Assembly (NCBI GenBank): GCA_964523755.1
Contig: CAZFYM010000004.1
Coordinates: 7,068 to 71,067, forward strand
Direction of reading: 5' to 3'
From: an uncultured Wenzhouxiangella sp.
GTDB lineage: Bacteria; Pseudomonadota; Gammaproteobacteria; Xanthomonadales; Wenzhouxiangellaceae
Length of the DNA: 64,000 nt
Shown: positions 18,064-27,500 of the stretch, piece by piece
Position numbering within the stretch: position 1 is the stretch's first letter
Layout: every line of letters begins with the position of its first letter
The notes under the pieces: generated by a model
Told to the model about the DNA's origin: nothing
The model's input: the letters and a program-made list of their open reading frames with translations, nothing else
Database searches by the model: none
Position numbers and translations under genes: made by a program

Positions 18064-19977
18064 ATGCCTCAGGTAACCGCCAGGCACGCCGATCAAACCT
18101 GGTTGACTCACCTTGACAAAGCCGTTTCCGATGCCACTGAATCGGTGCTGGCGGATCAGCAACCCGATGGCCACTGGTGCTACGAACTGGAAGCCGATTG
18201 CACCATCCCTGCTGAGTACATCGCCTACATGCATTTCATGGATCAGATCGATCCAGGGCTGGAACGCCGGATGTGCCGCTACCTGATCAGTCGCCAGAAC
18301 GACGATGGCAGCTGGCCGCTGTATCACGCTGGAGTCGGTGACATTTCCTGTACCGTCAAGGCTTACCTGGCACTCAAACTCGCCGGCCAGGACCCCGAAT
18401 CGTCACTGATGTGCAAGGCAAGAACCTGGATTCTGGCCGCTGGAGGCGCCGAACGCAGCAATGTATTCACCCGATTTCTGCTGGCCATGTTTGGTCAGAT
18501 TCCCTGGCGAGGCGTGCCCTGCATGCCGATCGAGATCATGTTGCTGCCTGGCTGGTTCTTCTTTCATCTTGACAGGATGTCCTACTGGTCGCGTACGGTC
18601 GTGGTGCCCTTGCTGGTTCTGTACTGTCTCAGGGCCAAAGCCAGCAATCCCCGCCAGGTCAGCATTCCCGAACTGTTTCGGACTCCGCCGAATGAAGTGC
18701 GCCACTGGCATCCCGCGCGCTCACGTCTGAACCGCGTCTTCATTGCGCTTGATCACCTGGTGCGCGTTCTTGAGCCGTGGTCACCGGCCTGGATTCGACG
18801 CCGGGCCATGCGCACCGCCGAAACCTGGTTCACCCAGCGGCTCAACGGCGTCGATGGTCTGGGGGCCATCTTTCCGGCCATGATCAATGCCTCGATAGCC
18901 CTGAAAATACTGGGCTATGCCGACGACCACCCACTGCGCCTCAATGCTCAAGCAGCCCTGGAACGTTTGTTGGTCGAAGACGGCGAATTGGCTTACTGTC
19001 AGCCCTGCCTGTCGCCGGTCTGGGACACATCGCTGATGGCCCTGGCTTTGCAGGCTACGCAGGACAAGCCCGCTTTGCAAGCGGCTGGGCGCGGACTGGA
19101 CTGGCTGGTCGACCGGCAACTGGTGAACGAACCCGGCGATTGGCAACGCGATCGTCCGGGTTTACCCGGCGGTGGCTGGGCATTCCAGTACAACAACGCT
19201 TGGTACCCTGACCTCGACGACACGGCCGTGGTTGCCTGGGCAATGGACCAGCAAGACCCGCAACGCTACCGGAAAAGCATTGACCTGGCCACCAACTGGC
19301 TGGCTATCATGCAGAGCACCGATGGTGGATTCGCGGCTTTCGACGTGGACAATACCCATTATCATCTGAACGAAATTCCCTTTGCCGATCATGGCGCATT
19401 GCTCGATCCGCCCACCGCCGATGTCAGTGCCCGCTGTCTGACCCTTTTCGCCAGACTGAATCGTGACGATTTGCGGCTTGCGAGACAGCGCGTACTGGAC
19501 TGGCTGCTGGAGCAGCAGGAAAGCGACGGAAGCTGGTTTGGACGCTGGGGAACCAATCACGTCTACGGGACCTGGTCGACCCTGGTTGCCTTGTGTGCCG
19601 ATCCCGAATGGCGCTCATCCAGCGCAGTACAGCGGGGCGTGGACTGGCTCAAGTTGGTTCAGCGCAAAGACGGCGGCTGGGGCGAAAGCAACGACAGTTA
19701 CGCCGATCCGGCCCTGATCGGAAAAGCCGATTGCAGCACCAGTTTCCAGACCGCCTGGGCACTGCTCGGCTTGATTGCCGCTGGCGAGGCCCATTCCGAG
19801 GCGGCCGCCAATGGTGTCGACTACCTGCTTCGCACCCAGTCCGACGATGGTTTCTGGCACGAGCCCTGGTTTACCGCACCGGGTTTTCCGCGCGTGTTTT
19901 ATCTCAAGTATCACGGCTATTCGCGCTATTTCCCACTGTGGGCATTGGCCGAATTTCGCAGTGCGCTCAAGGCATGA
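18064..19977 (+). CDS. shc: Squalene-hopene cyclase
   Basis: QW repeats (QQPDGHW, QNDDGSW, QESDGSW, QRKDGGW, QSDDGFW), catalytic DLDDTAVV and C-terminal FPRVFYLKYHGY. Confidence 0.97.
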   Translation: MPQVTARHADQTWLTHLDKAVSDATESVLADQQPDGHWCYELEADCTIPAEYIAYMHFMDQIDPGLERRMCRYLISRQNDDGSWPLYHAGVGDISCTVKAYLALKLAGQDPESSLMCKARTWILAAGGAERSNVFTRFLLAMFGQIPWRGVPCMPIEIMLLPGWFFFHLDRMSYWSRTVVVPLLVLYCLRAKASNPRQVSIPELFRTPPNEVRHWHPARSRLNRVFIALDHLVRVLEPWSPAWIRRRAMRTAETWFTQRLNGVDGLGAIFPAMINASIALKILGYADDHPLRLNAQAALERLLVEDGELAYCQPCLSPVWDTSLMALALQATQDKPALQAAGRGLDWLVDRQLVNEPGDWQRDRPGLPGGGWAFQYNNAWYPDLDDTAVVAWAMDQQDPQRYRKSIDLATNWLAIMQSTDGGFAAFDVDNTHYHLNEIPFADHGALLDPPTADVSARCLTLFARLNRDDLRLARQRVLDWLLEQQESDGSWFGRWGTNHVYGTWSTLVALCADPEWRSSSAVQRGVDWLKLVQRKDGGWGESNDSYADPALIGKADCSTSFQTAWALLGLIAAGEAHSEAAANGVDYLLRTQSDDGFWHEPWFTAPGFPRVFYLKYHGYSRYFPLWALAEFRSALKA

Positions 19978-20654
19978 GTAGCTTGGGTTTCATTGCTGCG
20001 CTGACGACCGAAGCAGATTGCCTGCGACCACTGACCTCCTGTTCGGGATGCAGTATCCGGGTTTGTGGGCCGGGTGCTGTGGCCGCCCGCAGCGCTGCCC
20101 TGCAGTTGGCCGATGCGGGTGTAAACGGACTGATCAGCTGGGGATTGGCTGGCGGCCTTGATCCCGCATTGAAACCTGGTCAGATTGTATTGGCCAATGA
20201 AATCCGGACGATTGACGGACAGGGTCGAATCGCCCCGCTAGGCGATCTTGCCGGGCTTCATCAGACCCTGATCGGACGCCTGGCCGGCCAAAGCGGTAGT
20301 CTGGTCCAGGTTGATGCTCCACTGGTCCAATCCAGCGAAAAGTACGCCCTCAGCCAGTCCAGTGGTGCCATAGCTGCGGACATGGAGAGCGCGGCCATCT
20401 GCGAGGTGGCCATCGAACAGGGTTTGAGCTTTCTGGCCATTCGGGTCATTATCGATCCTGTCGATCAAACTCTGCCGGACATTGCTTTGTCCGGACTGGA
20501 AGGCACCCATCTGGCTACTGGTCGAGTGCTGCGCGAATTACTGGCCTCGCCCGCTCAGTTGCCGGGCTCGCTGCTTCTGGCCGCCCGGTTTATGCGCGCC
20601 CGAGCCAGTCTGCGCCGGGTTGCCCGGCTGATTGCTCCCATGGTGCAGCCTTGA
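19974..20654 (+). CDS. hpnG: Hopanoid-associated purine nucleoside phosphorylase
   Basis: LISWGLAGGLDPALKPG and AADMESAAI phosphorylase motifs. Real start taken as ATG 19974, overlapping the shc stop, not 19593. Confidence 0.85.
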   Translation: MSSLGFIAALTTEADCLRPLTSCSGCSIRVCGPGAVAARSAALQLADAGVNGLISWGLAGGLDPALKPGQIVLANEIRTIDGQGRIAPLGDLAGLHQTLIGRLAGQSGSLVQVDAPLVQSSEKYALSQSSGAIAADMESAAICEVAIEQGLSFLAIRVIIDPVDQTLPDIALSGLEGTHLATGRVLRELLASPAQLPGSLLLAARFMRARASLRRVARLIAPMVQP

Positions 20655-21637
20655 AGGCGCTGGTCACGGGAGCAACCGGGTTCGTGGGCTCGGCCGTGGC
20701 CAGAGTGTTGCTTGAACGAAGCTGGAAGGTACGTGCGCTGATTCGCCCCGGCAGCTCCCAAATCAACTTCGAAGGTCTTGCCCTGGAGAAAGTACATGGC
20801 GAATTGGAAGATTCGGAATCTCTGCGCCAGGCACTGGCCGGTTGCGATGCGCTGTTTCATGTCGCTGCCGACTACCGTCTCTGGGTGCCCGACCCGGAAT
20901 CGATGTATCGAACCAATGTCGATGGCACTCGTCACCTCATGCAATTGGCCCTTGAGTGCGGCATCAAACGCATTGTCTACACCTCCAGCGTTGCCACGCT
21001 GGGTAACGCCGGTGCCGGTCAGATTCTTGATGAAAGCGCCATCTGCCATGAGCAGGAGCTGATCGGCCACTACAAGCGCTCCAAGTGGCAGGCTGAAAGA
21101 TTGGTCACGGAGATGGTTCGCAACCAGCGGCTGCCGGCGGTCATCGTCAATCCGGCCGCGCCGGTTGGCCCGCGAGATTACAAGCCGACCCCGACAGGAC
21201 GTATGGTGCTCGATGCCGCCCGCGGGCGCATGCCGGCCTATGTCGACACCGGACTCAATATTGTCCATGTCGATGATGTTGCTTACGGACACTGGCTTGC
21301 TCATGAACATGGTGCCATTGGCGAGCGCTACATTCTCGGCGGAGAAAACCTGTCGTTGAAAACAATCCTCACCGAGATCACGCGCCATGCCGGCGTCTCT
21401 GGACCGCGCCTGCGATTGCCGGTTCGGGCCGTATTACCCATGGCCTACCTCGCTCAATGGATGGCTCGCCTGCGCAACCGCGAGCCGGCCTTCACTGTCG
21501 ATGGGGTGCGCATGTCCGGCAAGACCATGTATTTCGACTCATCCCGGGCGCGACAGGCGCTCGGATATCAGTCGAGATCAGCACGCCAGGCCCTGTGTGA
21601 TGCGGTCGACTGGTTCAACGAGAAAGCCTATGCCTGA
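20651..21637 (+). CDS. hpnA: Hopanoid-associated NAD-dependent epimerase/dehydratase
   Basis: LVTGATGFVGSAV, FHVAADYRLWVPDP, YKRSK and PVGPRDYKPTPTG, in hopanoid cluster context. Confidence 0.92.
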   Translation: MKALVTGATGFVGSAVARVLLERSWKVRALIRPGSSQINFEGLALEKVHGELEDSESLRQALAGCDALFHVAADYRLWVPDPESMYRTNVDGTRHLMQLALECGIKRIVYTSSVATLGNAGAGQILDESAICHEQELIGHYKRSKWQAERLVTEMVRNQRLPAVIVNPAAPVGPRDYKPTPTGRMVLDAARGRMPAYVDTGLNIVHVDDVAYGHWLAHEHGAIGERYILGGENLSLKTILTEITRHAGVSGPRLRLPVRAVLPMAYLAQWMARLRNREPAFTVDGVRMSGKTMYFDSSRARQALGYQSRSARQALCDAVDWFNEKAYA

Positions 21638-21717
21638 CAATACCCTGTCGACCTCCGGTTGCAACAGACTGCGAAGATATCCAACAACTTCGGCCAAACC
21701 GAAAGGATTGAATCAAA

Positions 21718-22815
21718 ATGACCATACCCCTGACTCAGCAATTTCATGTCGCCCGCTACCTGCTTGGCAAGAAGCTCAAGGGTGAAAAGCGCTATCCACT
21801 GGTTCTGATGCTCGAGCCACTTTTCCAGTGCAACCTGGCCTGCGCCGGCTGCGGCAAGATCGACTATCCGGAAGAGATCCTGCAGCAACGCGTCAGCGTC
21901 GAGCAGGCGCTGCAAGCCGTAGACGAATGCGGCGCGCCAATTGTTTCCATTCCTGGCGGCGAACCTTTAATCCACAAGGATATGCCGCAAATTGTCGAAG
22001 GGATTATCAAGCGCGGCAAATACGTCTACCTGTGCACCAATGCCTTGTTGATGAAAAAGAAATTGGATGACTACCAGCCCTCGCGCTACTTTACCTGGTC
22101 GGTACACCTTGATGGTCTGGAACGGCGCCATGACGAGTCGGTCTGTCGGCAAGGTGTTTTCGTCAAGGTCATCGAGGCTATCGAGATGGCACTGCAAAGG
22201 GGCTTCCGGGTCAATATCAATTGCACGCTCTTTGATGGTGAGGATCCTGAGGAGGTAGCCGACTTTTTCGACCATGTCACAGCACTGGGGGTCGAAGGCA
22301 TTACCGTATCGCCGGGTTACAGCTACGACCATGCCCCACGCCAGGATGTCTTTTTGCCTCGCAATAACAGCAAGAAATTGTTCCGGGCCATTTATCGCTA
22401 TGGCAAACAACGCAAATCGCGCTGGCCAATTTCCCAGTCCAGTCTCTTTCAGGATTTTCTGTGCGGCAATCAGACCTTTGAATGCACACCCTGGAGCAAT
22501 CCGACTTACAACGTCTTTGGCTGGCAGAAACCCTGCTATTTGCTGGTCGATGAAGGCTATGCCAGCAGCTTCAGGGAACTGATGGAGGAAACGGATTGGG
22601 ACAGCTACGGCACCGGTCGCAATCCGAAGTGTGACAACTGCATGGCCCATTGCGGTTACGAGGGCACCGCTGTCACGCAGACCTTTAAGCACCCATTGCA
22701 AGCCATGAAGGTTGCCCTGTTCGGGCCGCGCACGGAGGGTGAAATGGCCCCGGATCTACCGGTTCGCTATGAGCGCTCGCAATCGCGCATACCGATATCG
22801 GTCAACCGAAGCTGA
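21718..22815 (+). CDS. hpnH: Adenosyl-hopene transferase (radical SAM)
   Basis: MLEPLFQCNLACAGCGKI (CX3CX2C), CTPWSNPT and C-terminal CDNCMAHCGYE. Confidence 0.95.
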   Translation: MTIPLTQQFHVARYLLGKKLKGEKRYPLVLMLEPLFQCNLACAGCGKIDYPEEILQQRVSVEQALQAVDECGAPIVSIPGGEPLIHKDMPQIVEGIIKRGKYVYLCTNALLMKKKLDDYQPSRYFTWSVHLDGLERRHDESVCRQGVFVKVIEAIEMALQRGFRVNINCTLFDGEDPEEVADFFDHVTALGVEGITVSPGYSYDHAPRQDVFLPRNNSKKLFRAIYRYGKQRKSRWPISQSSLFQDFLCGNQTFECTPWSNPTYNVFGWQKPCYLLVDEGYASSFRELMEETDWDSYGTGRNPKCDNCMAHCGYEGTAVTQTFKHPLQAMKVALFGPRTEGEMAPDLPVRYERSQSRIPISVNRS

Positions 22816-22979
22816 GCTTCCGGGCAGATGCGGGTCGGCCTCGCTGTATCTGGGATATGGCCCTGCGCAGGGATCAGTCAGGCCAATCGAGTTTAGACCA
22901 GACCAGGTAGCTGGCTATGCTAACAACTGCATAAGTCTTGCCTGACTCAGGCCTGCGGGTACTTGTTGAGTTTAATGTG

Positions 22980-22988
22980 TGGTAGTAT
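22980..22988 (+). promoter_or_regulatory. Extended -10 promoter candidate for rhlE
   Basis: TG-G-TAGTAT about 150 nt upstream of the start codon. Confidence 0.4.
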
Positions 22989-23135
22989 GCGCACGCGCTG
23001 GCCTGATCGAACGGATTGGAGTAACCCGCGCCCTCTCGCGGATTGAATGTTTTCCAAGGCCTTTCCCCGATTTGTTTTCTGCCTGAATTGAATTCGGGCA
23101 ATTCCTTATGCCTTGGTTGACAAGGAAATTTGATA

Positions 23136-24443
23136 ATGCAATTTGACTCACTCGGCCTTCGAGCCGAGCTTCTGCGCGCGGTTGGCGAGCAGGGCTACAC
23201 GGAAGCGACTCCCGTTCAGGCTAAGGCGATTCCGGTCGTTCTGGCCGGCAGTGATGTGATGGCCAGCGCCCAGACGGGCACCGGCAAGACGGCGGCGTTT
23301 ACCCTGCCGCTGCTGGAAAAACTCAGCAAGCAGACTGGCGAGCGCAAGCTGCGCGCGCTGATTCTGACTCCGACACGCGAGTTGGCCGCGCAGGTGCATG
23401 AGAACCTGCGCGACTATGGTCGCCACCTGAATATCCGCTCGGTCGAGATTTATGGCGGGGTGAATATCAACCCGCAAATGACCAAGCTCAAGCGCGGCGT
23501 CGATGTACTGATCGCCACGCCGGGCCGGTTGATGGACCATATGGAGCGCGGCACCGTCGACCTGCGTCATATCGAGACCCTGATTCTGGATGAAGCCGAC
23601 CGCATGCTGGACATGGGCTTTCGCCCGGCCATCGACCGGATTGTGCGTTCCCTGCCGAAACAGCGCCAGACCCTGCTGTTCTCGGCAACCTTCTCGAAGG
23701 AAATCACCGCACTGGCACACCAGTTTCTGAAAAATCCGGTGCGGATTGAGACCGCAGCCCCGAACTCCACGGTCGAAGCCATTGCCCAGAAGGCGATTAC
23801 GGTTGACCAGGCAAAGAAACGCGAACTGCTATCGTGGATGATCGGTTCTGAAAACTGGCAGCAGGTGCTGGTCTTTACCCGGACCAAGCATGGGGCCAAT
23901 CGTCTGGCCAAGCAGCTGGAAGGCGATGGCCTGGCCTCGGCCGCCATTCATGGCAACAAAAGCCAGGGTGCGCGCACCAAGGCCCTGACCGAGTTCAAGA
24001 AGAACAAGATCCGGGTGCTGGTCGCCACCGATGTGGCTGCCCGTGGTCTGGACATCGACCATTTGCCGCACGTGGTCAATTTTGAAATCCCCAACGTGCC
24101 GGAAGACTACGTTCATCGTATCGGTCGCACCGGCCGGGCCGGGCGCGAAGGCGTGGCGGTCTCGCTGGTCTGCGGTGCCGAGCACGGTCTGTTCGAGGAT
24201 ATCCGCAAGCTGGTGAAGGTGCCCATTCCCACCGAGGTGGTCAATGGCTATGAGCCAACCGAGCCTTTGTCGCGTGATGCCGGCAAGACCAATCAGCGCA
24301 GCGGTAGTGGCCAGAAGCGCGGTGGCGGTGGCGGCGGTCAGCGTCGGTCTGCCAGCGGCAATGGCAACAACCGAGGTGGCCGGTCAAGCAACGAACGCGG
24401 CCGCGGTCGCGGGCGTAGCCAGTCATCGAGACGCGCCGCCTGA
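23136..24443 (+). CDS. rhlE: DEAD-box RNA helicase (RhlE-like)
   Basis: Q motif, [31 protein letters not shown] and a basic Gly/Arg-rich tail. SD AAGGA precedes ATG 23136. Confidence 0.9.
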   Translation: MQFDSLGLRAELLRAVGEQGYTEATPVQAKAIPVVLAGSDVMASAQTGTGKTAAFTLPLLEKLSKQTGERKLRALILTPTRELAAQVHENLRDYGRHLNIRSVEIYGGVNINPQMTKLKRGVDVLIATPGRLMDHMERGTVDLRHIETLILDEADRMLDMGFRPAIDRIVRSLPKQRQTLLFSATFSKEITALAHQFLKNPVRIETAAPNSTVEAIAQKAITVDQAKKRELLSWMIGSENWQQVLVFTRTKHGANRLAKQLEGDGLASAAIHGNKSQGARTKALTEFKKNKIRVLVATDVAARGLDIDHLPHVVNFEIPNVPEDYVHRIGRTGRAGREGVAVSLVCGAEHGLFEDIRKLVKVPIPTEVVNGYEPTEPLSRDAGKTNQRSGSGQKRGGGGGGQRRSASGNGNNRGGRSSNERGRGRGRSQSSRRAA

Positions 24444-24471
24444 CAGCCGCCAAGCAAACGTAAATCCCGAG

Positions 24472-24500
24472 AATCCCGGCCACGGTGCCGGGATTTTTTT
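24472..24500 (+). terminator. Intrinsic terminator after rhlE
   Basis: AATCCCGGC-cacggt-GCCGGGATT followed by a T run. Confidence 0.85.
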
Positions 24501-24575
24501 GTTGAAAAGCTCCAGGCCGGTGCTTGAACCCGATTTCACCGTGGGTTCAAGTCTAATTCAGCGTGGAGGCGTCGC

Positions 24576-27500
24576 TTACTCACTCTGACCGTCAACCACT
24601 ATGACTCTGGCCGAGGCACTGCGACCGAAAGTCTCCGGCTGATACATTTCCTCGGCCCGGGCCGGCGGTACGATAAATTCGCCTGGCGTCGTGGCGCGAG
24701 CGAAGTAGGAATAGTGGTACACGCCACCAGGCAACAGGGAAGCAAAGGCTTCGGTACGCTCGCGGCGCAGGTTCTGGTGCTCGTACCAGGGGCCCCACCA
24801 CCCGCCTCGACCACGGGCGTAGGGGTTGATCGGCGACTCATTGCCATTTTCTGCACTGTCACTGACCGCCAGCGCGGGATTGATTGACTCAAGACCGGCC
24901 GGCAGCGGATCGACCAGGGCGACGTGATAACGGCGAGCCGGTGCGACCAGGCTCAGCTCAACCTCCACTCGCGCGCCGGCCTTGATCTCCCATACGCCGC
25001 CATCACGCTGATGCACATCATCAGGATCGTCAACGCTCCTGTAGATACGCGTGACCTCGAACCCATGACTGGCGGCGGCAAGGTCAAGACTGGCCGGCGC
25101 ATAGTTCAGGCCGATCCGATAGTACAGCCGCCCTGCCCCGTCCTTGTCCAAAGTCAGATCCTGCTCGCCTCCATCACGGGCCAGCCAGGCCATCGGAATC
25201 TCGATGTTGTGGCTGTCGACCGAGCGCCCCCGGAACGCGTGTTCGCCGGCAAAACCCTGGCCCAGCCAGGTGCGGGCGACAAAGTCAGGTTCGGTGCCTT
25301 CATGGATCCGGAAATACTGATCCAGTGCCAGCAAGACAAAGGCGTTGTCCTGAGTATTGCCCCAGCGGCCGCGTATGCGGTGTGCCTGAAGCCCCTGGAC
25401 CAGCTTCTGGATCAGATCCGAGTCGGGCTGATCGCGCATCAAAGCTTCGAGCACAATGCCATCGGCGCGCCGGTCTGAATGCATGATCAGATGATCGCCA
25501 TCCTGAAAGCGGCTGACAAACTGGGCGCCGGCGGCCGTTTCGCTGACCCGGTTGGCCAGAAACCGGCGCAGTTGGTCGAGTTCCGCCGAGGAATCTTTGT
25601 CGCCGGACAATACGCCCAGCAGCCAGCCGAGTGATTCGAAGGTCAATGCTTCAAAATCAGTCACTTCAGCGATCAGAGCACGCGCACGGACACGGTCGAA
25701 ATCGTTATGCAAACCCCGAACATACAGCGCGTAGGCGACGATATGACGACGCGCGCGATCCGCATAGGCGGACGGGATGTAGCGTTCGATATGGCGCACA
25801 TGCTCCAGGGTCGATTCCAGCAGCCGCTCATTGACGGAATACCCCTTGCCACGAGCCCGGATCAATGCATGGGCCACATGCAGCGTGGCGTAGGGCCAGG
25901 ATTCGCGGCCGCGTTGCCAAAGCCCGAAACCGCCGTCACCGTTCTGCATGCCAGCCAGGCGTTCCATGTCGGCGGCCATTGAGCGCTCGATCTGATCCGA
26001 TGAAGGGATTCCATCGACTTCAAACGCTTCGAGCACATCGCGCAGCGCCGCCACGGCCAGAATGCGCGAGGCGACCTGCTCGCTGCAGTGGAACGGATAC
26101 TCGTGCAGGTACAAAAAGGCATCGGTCAAGGACTGAACGGCGGTCGAGCTGGTGGTGATATCGAGCTGGCCGAACTGTGGCCAGATATTGTCGGGCGTGA
26201 CAATCGGCTGGACCATGGCACCCTCGTCAATCACCCCGTAGGTGGCGAACGCCTCAGTGGTGGCCGGTGTCCAGACCGGCAGCTCACCGCGCGCAGCATC
26301 GGCAAAGTCGGCGCTTGCCGTGGCAATCTGGTAACGTGCGATGCCTGCCTCCAGCGCGGCGGCCGGCAGCCGAACCTCGCGCCGGTCGTTGGCTGGCACG
26401 TCGAACGCGTAGCCAGCCGCTGCGGTCAGTTCCAGATTGGACGCTGCCATGGCCAAGTGCACCTCAGACGGCTGGTCGGTCTGGTTCTGGACCACCACCG
26501 GGAATTCGAACACATCACCGAAGTTGAGAAAGCGCGGCGGCGATGCTCGCACCATCAGCGGCAGGCGTGAGGTCAGGTTGGACTCGGCCTTGCCGAATCG
26601 GGTGGCACCATCCACCGCTACCACGGTAAGGCGATAACGGGTCAGGTTGTCCGGCAAATCAATGCGGGCACTTACCCTGCCCTGTGCGTCGGTGATCAGG
26701 GCCGGCACAAAGGCGGCTAGTGGATTGAAGTTCTCGCGCACGGCAATCGAATCAGAGGCAGCCGCCCCGACCTCGTCGGCAGCGACCATTCGGCTGCCTG
26801 TCACCTGAATCCGTAGCAACGGCGTCATAGGCTCAGATGGATCAAACATCAACTGCTTTTCCGAACTCAGGGACTCTGCAAAAGCATCCGGCGAAAACAG
26901 CCGAATCCCGGGCCTCAAGTGCCGATCAATGACTTCCGGGTCTCGAGGCCGATAAAACCGTTCCATCGGATCAGTGATGGAATAGCCGGTCAACGCCAGA
27001 ATGGCCTCGTCGACGACGATCAGAGCCAGTTCGGCTCCCTGGACCGGCTGGCCATCGGCATCGAGCACCGCAAGATCGACCTCGGTGGATTCACCCGGGG
27101 ACAGCGAACTGCTTTCCAGTCTCAATTCCACATCCAGCACGCGCTCGGCCGTGGACAGGCTGAATTCGTGCTGTCCGACCGCGATGGCCGGGCGCGGTGG
27201 CAGGACATTGACATCGACGGTACTGCCGGACCGCTCGGCACTGCCGACCAGTATCACGTGGGCCTGGATATTGGGAATCCAGTCCTGGCGCAATGGAATC
27301 TCCAGCGTGGTCGAGCCGCCCTTAATGGTAAATCGGCGCTGTTCGGCCAAGCCATGGCGGCGCAAGGTCAGCAGGCCCTCGGCATTATCGAACGGTGCCT
27401 GAACCAGCAATCGGGCCACATCGCCGGCCTGGTGCGTGTCCTGGTCCGGAATCAGAATGACCTCCTCGATACCCACCGCGTCAGTGGCCGGCATCCGTCC

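Noticed and set aside
19593-19973. 127-aa N-terminal extension of hpnG in the ORF track
   Set aside because: It lies inside shc in another frame; the ATGA overlap at 19974 is the natural coupled start.
22826-22950. Short IRs after hpnH (AGTCAGGC/GCCTGACT, TATGC/GCATA) as an ncRNA
   Set aside because: Stems are 5-8 bp, with no strand bias and no second copy; not distinguishable from chance.
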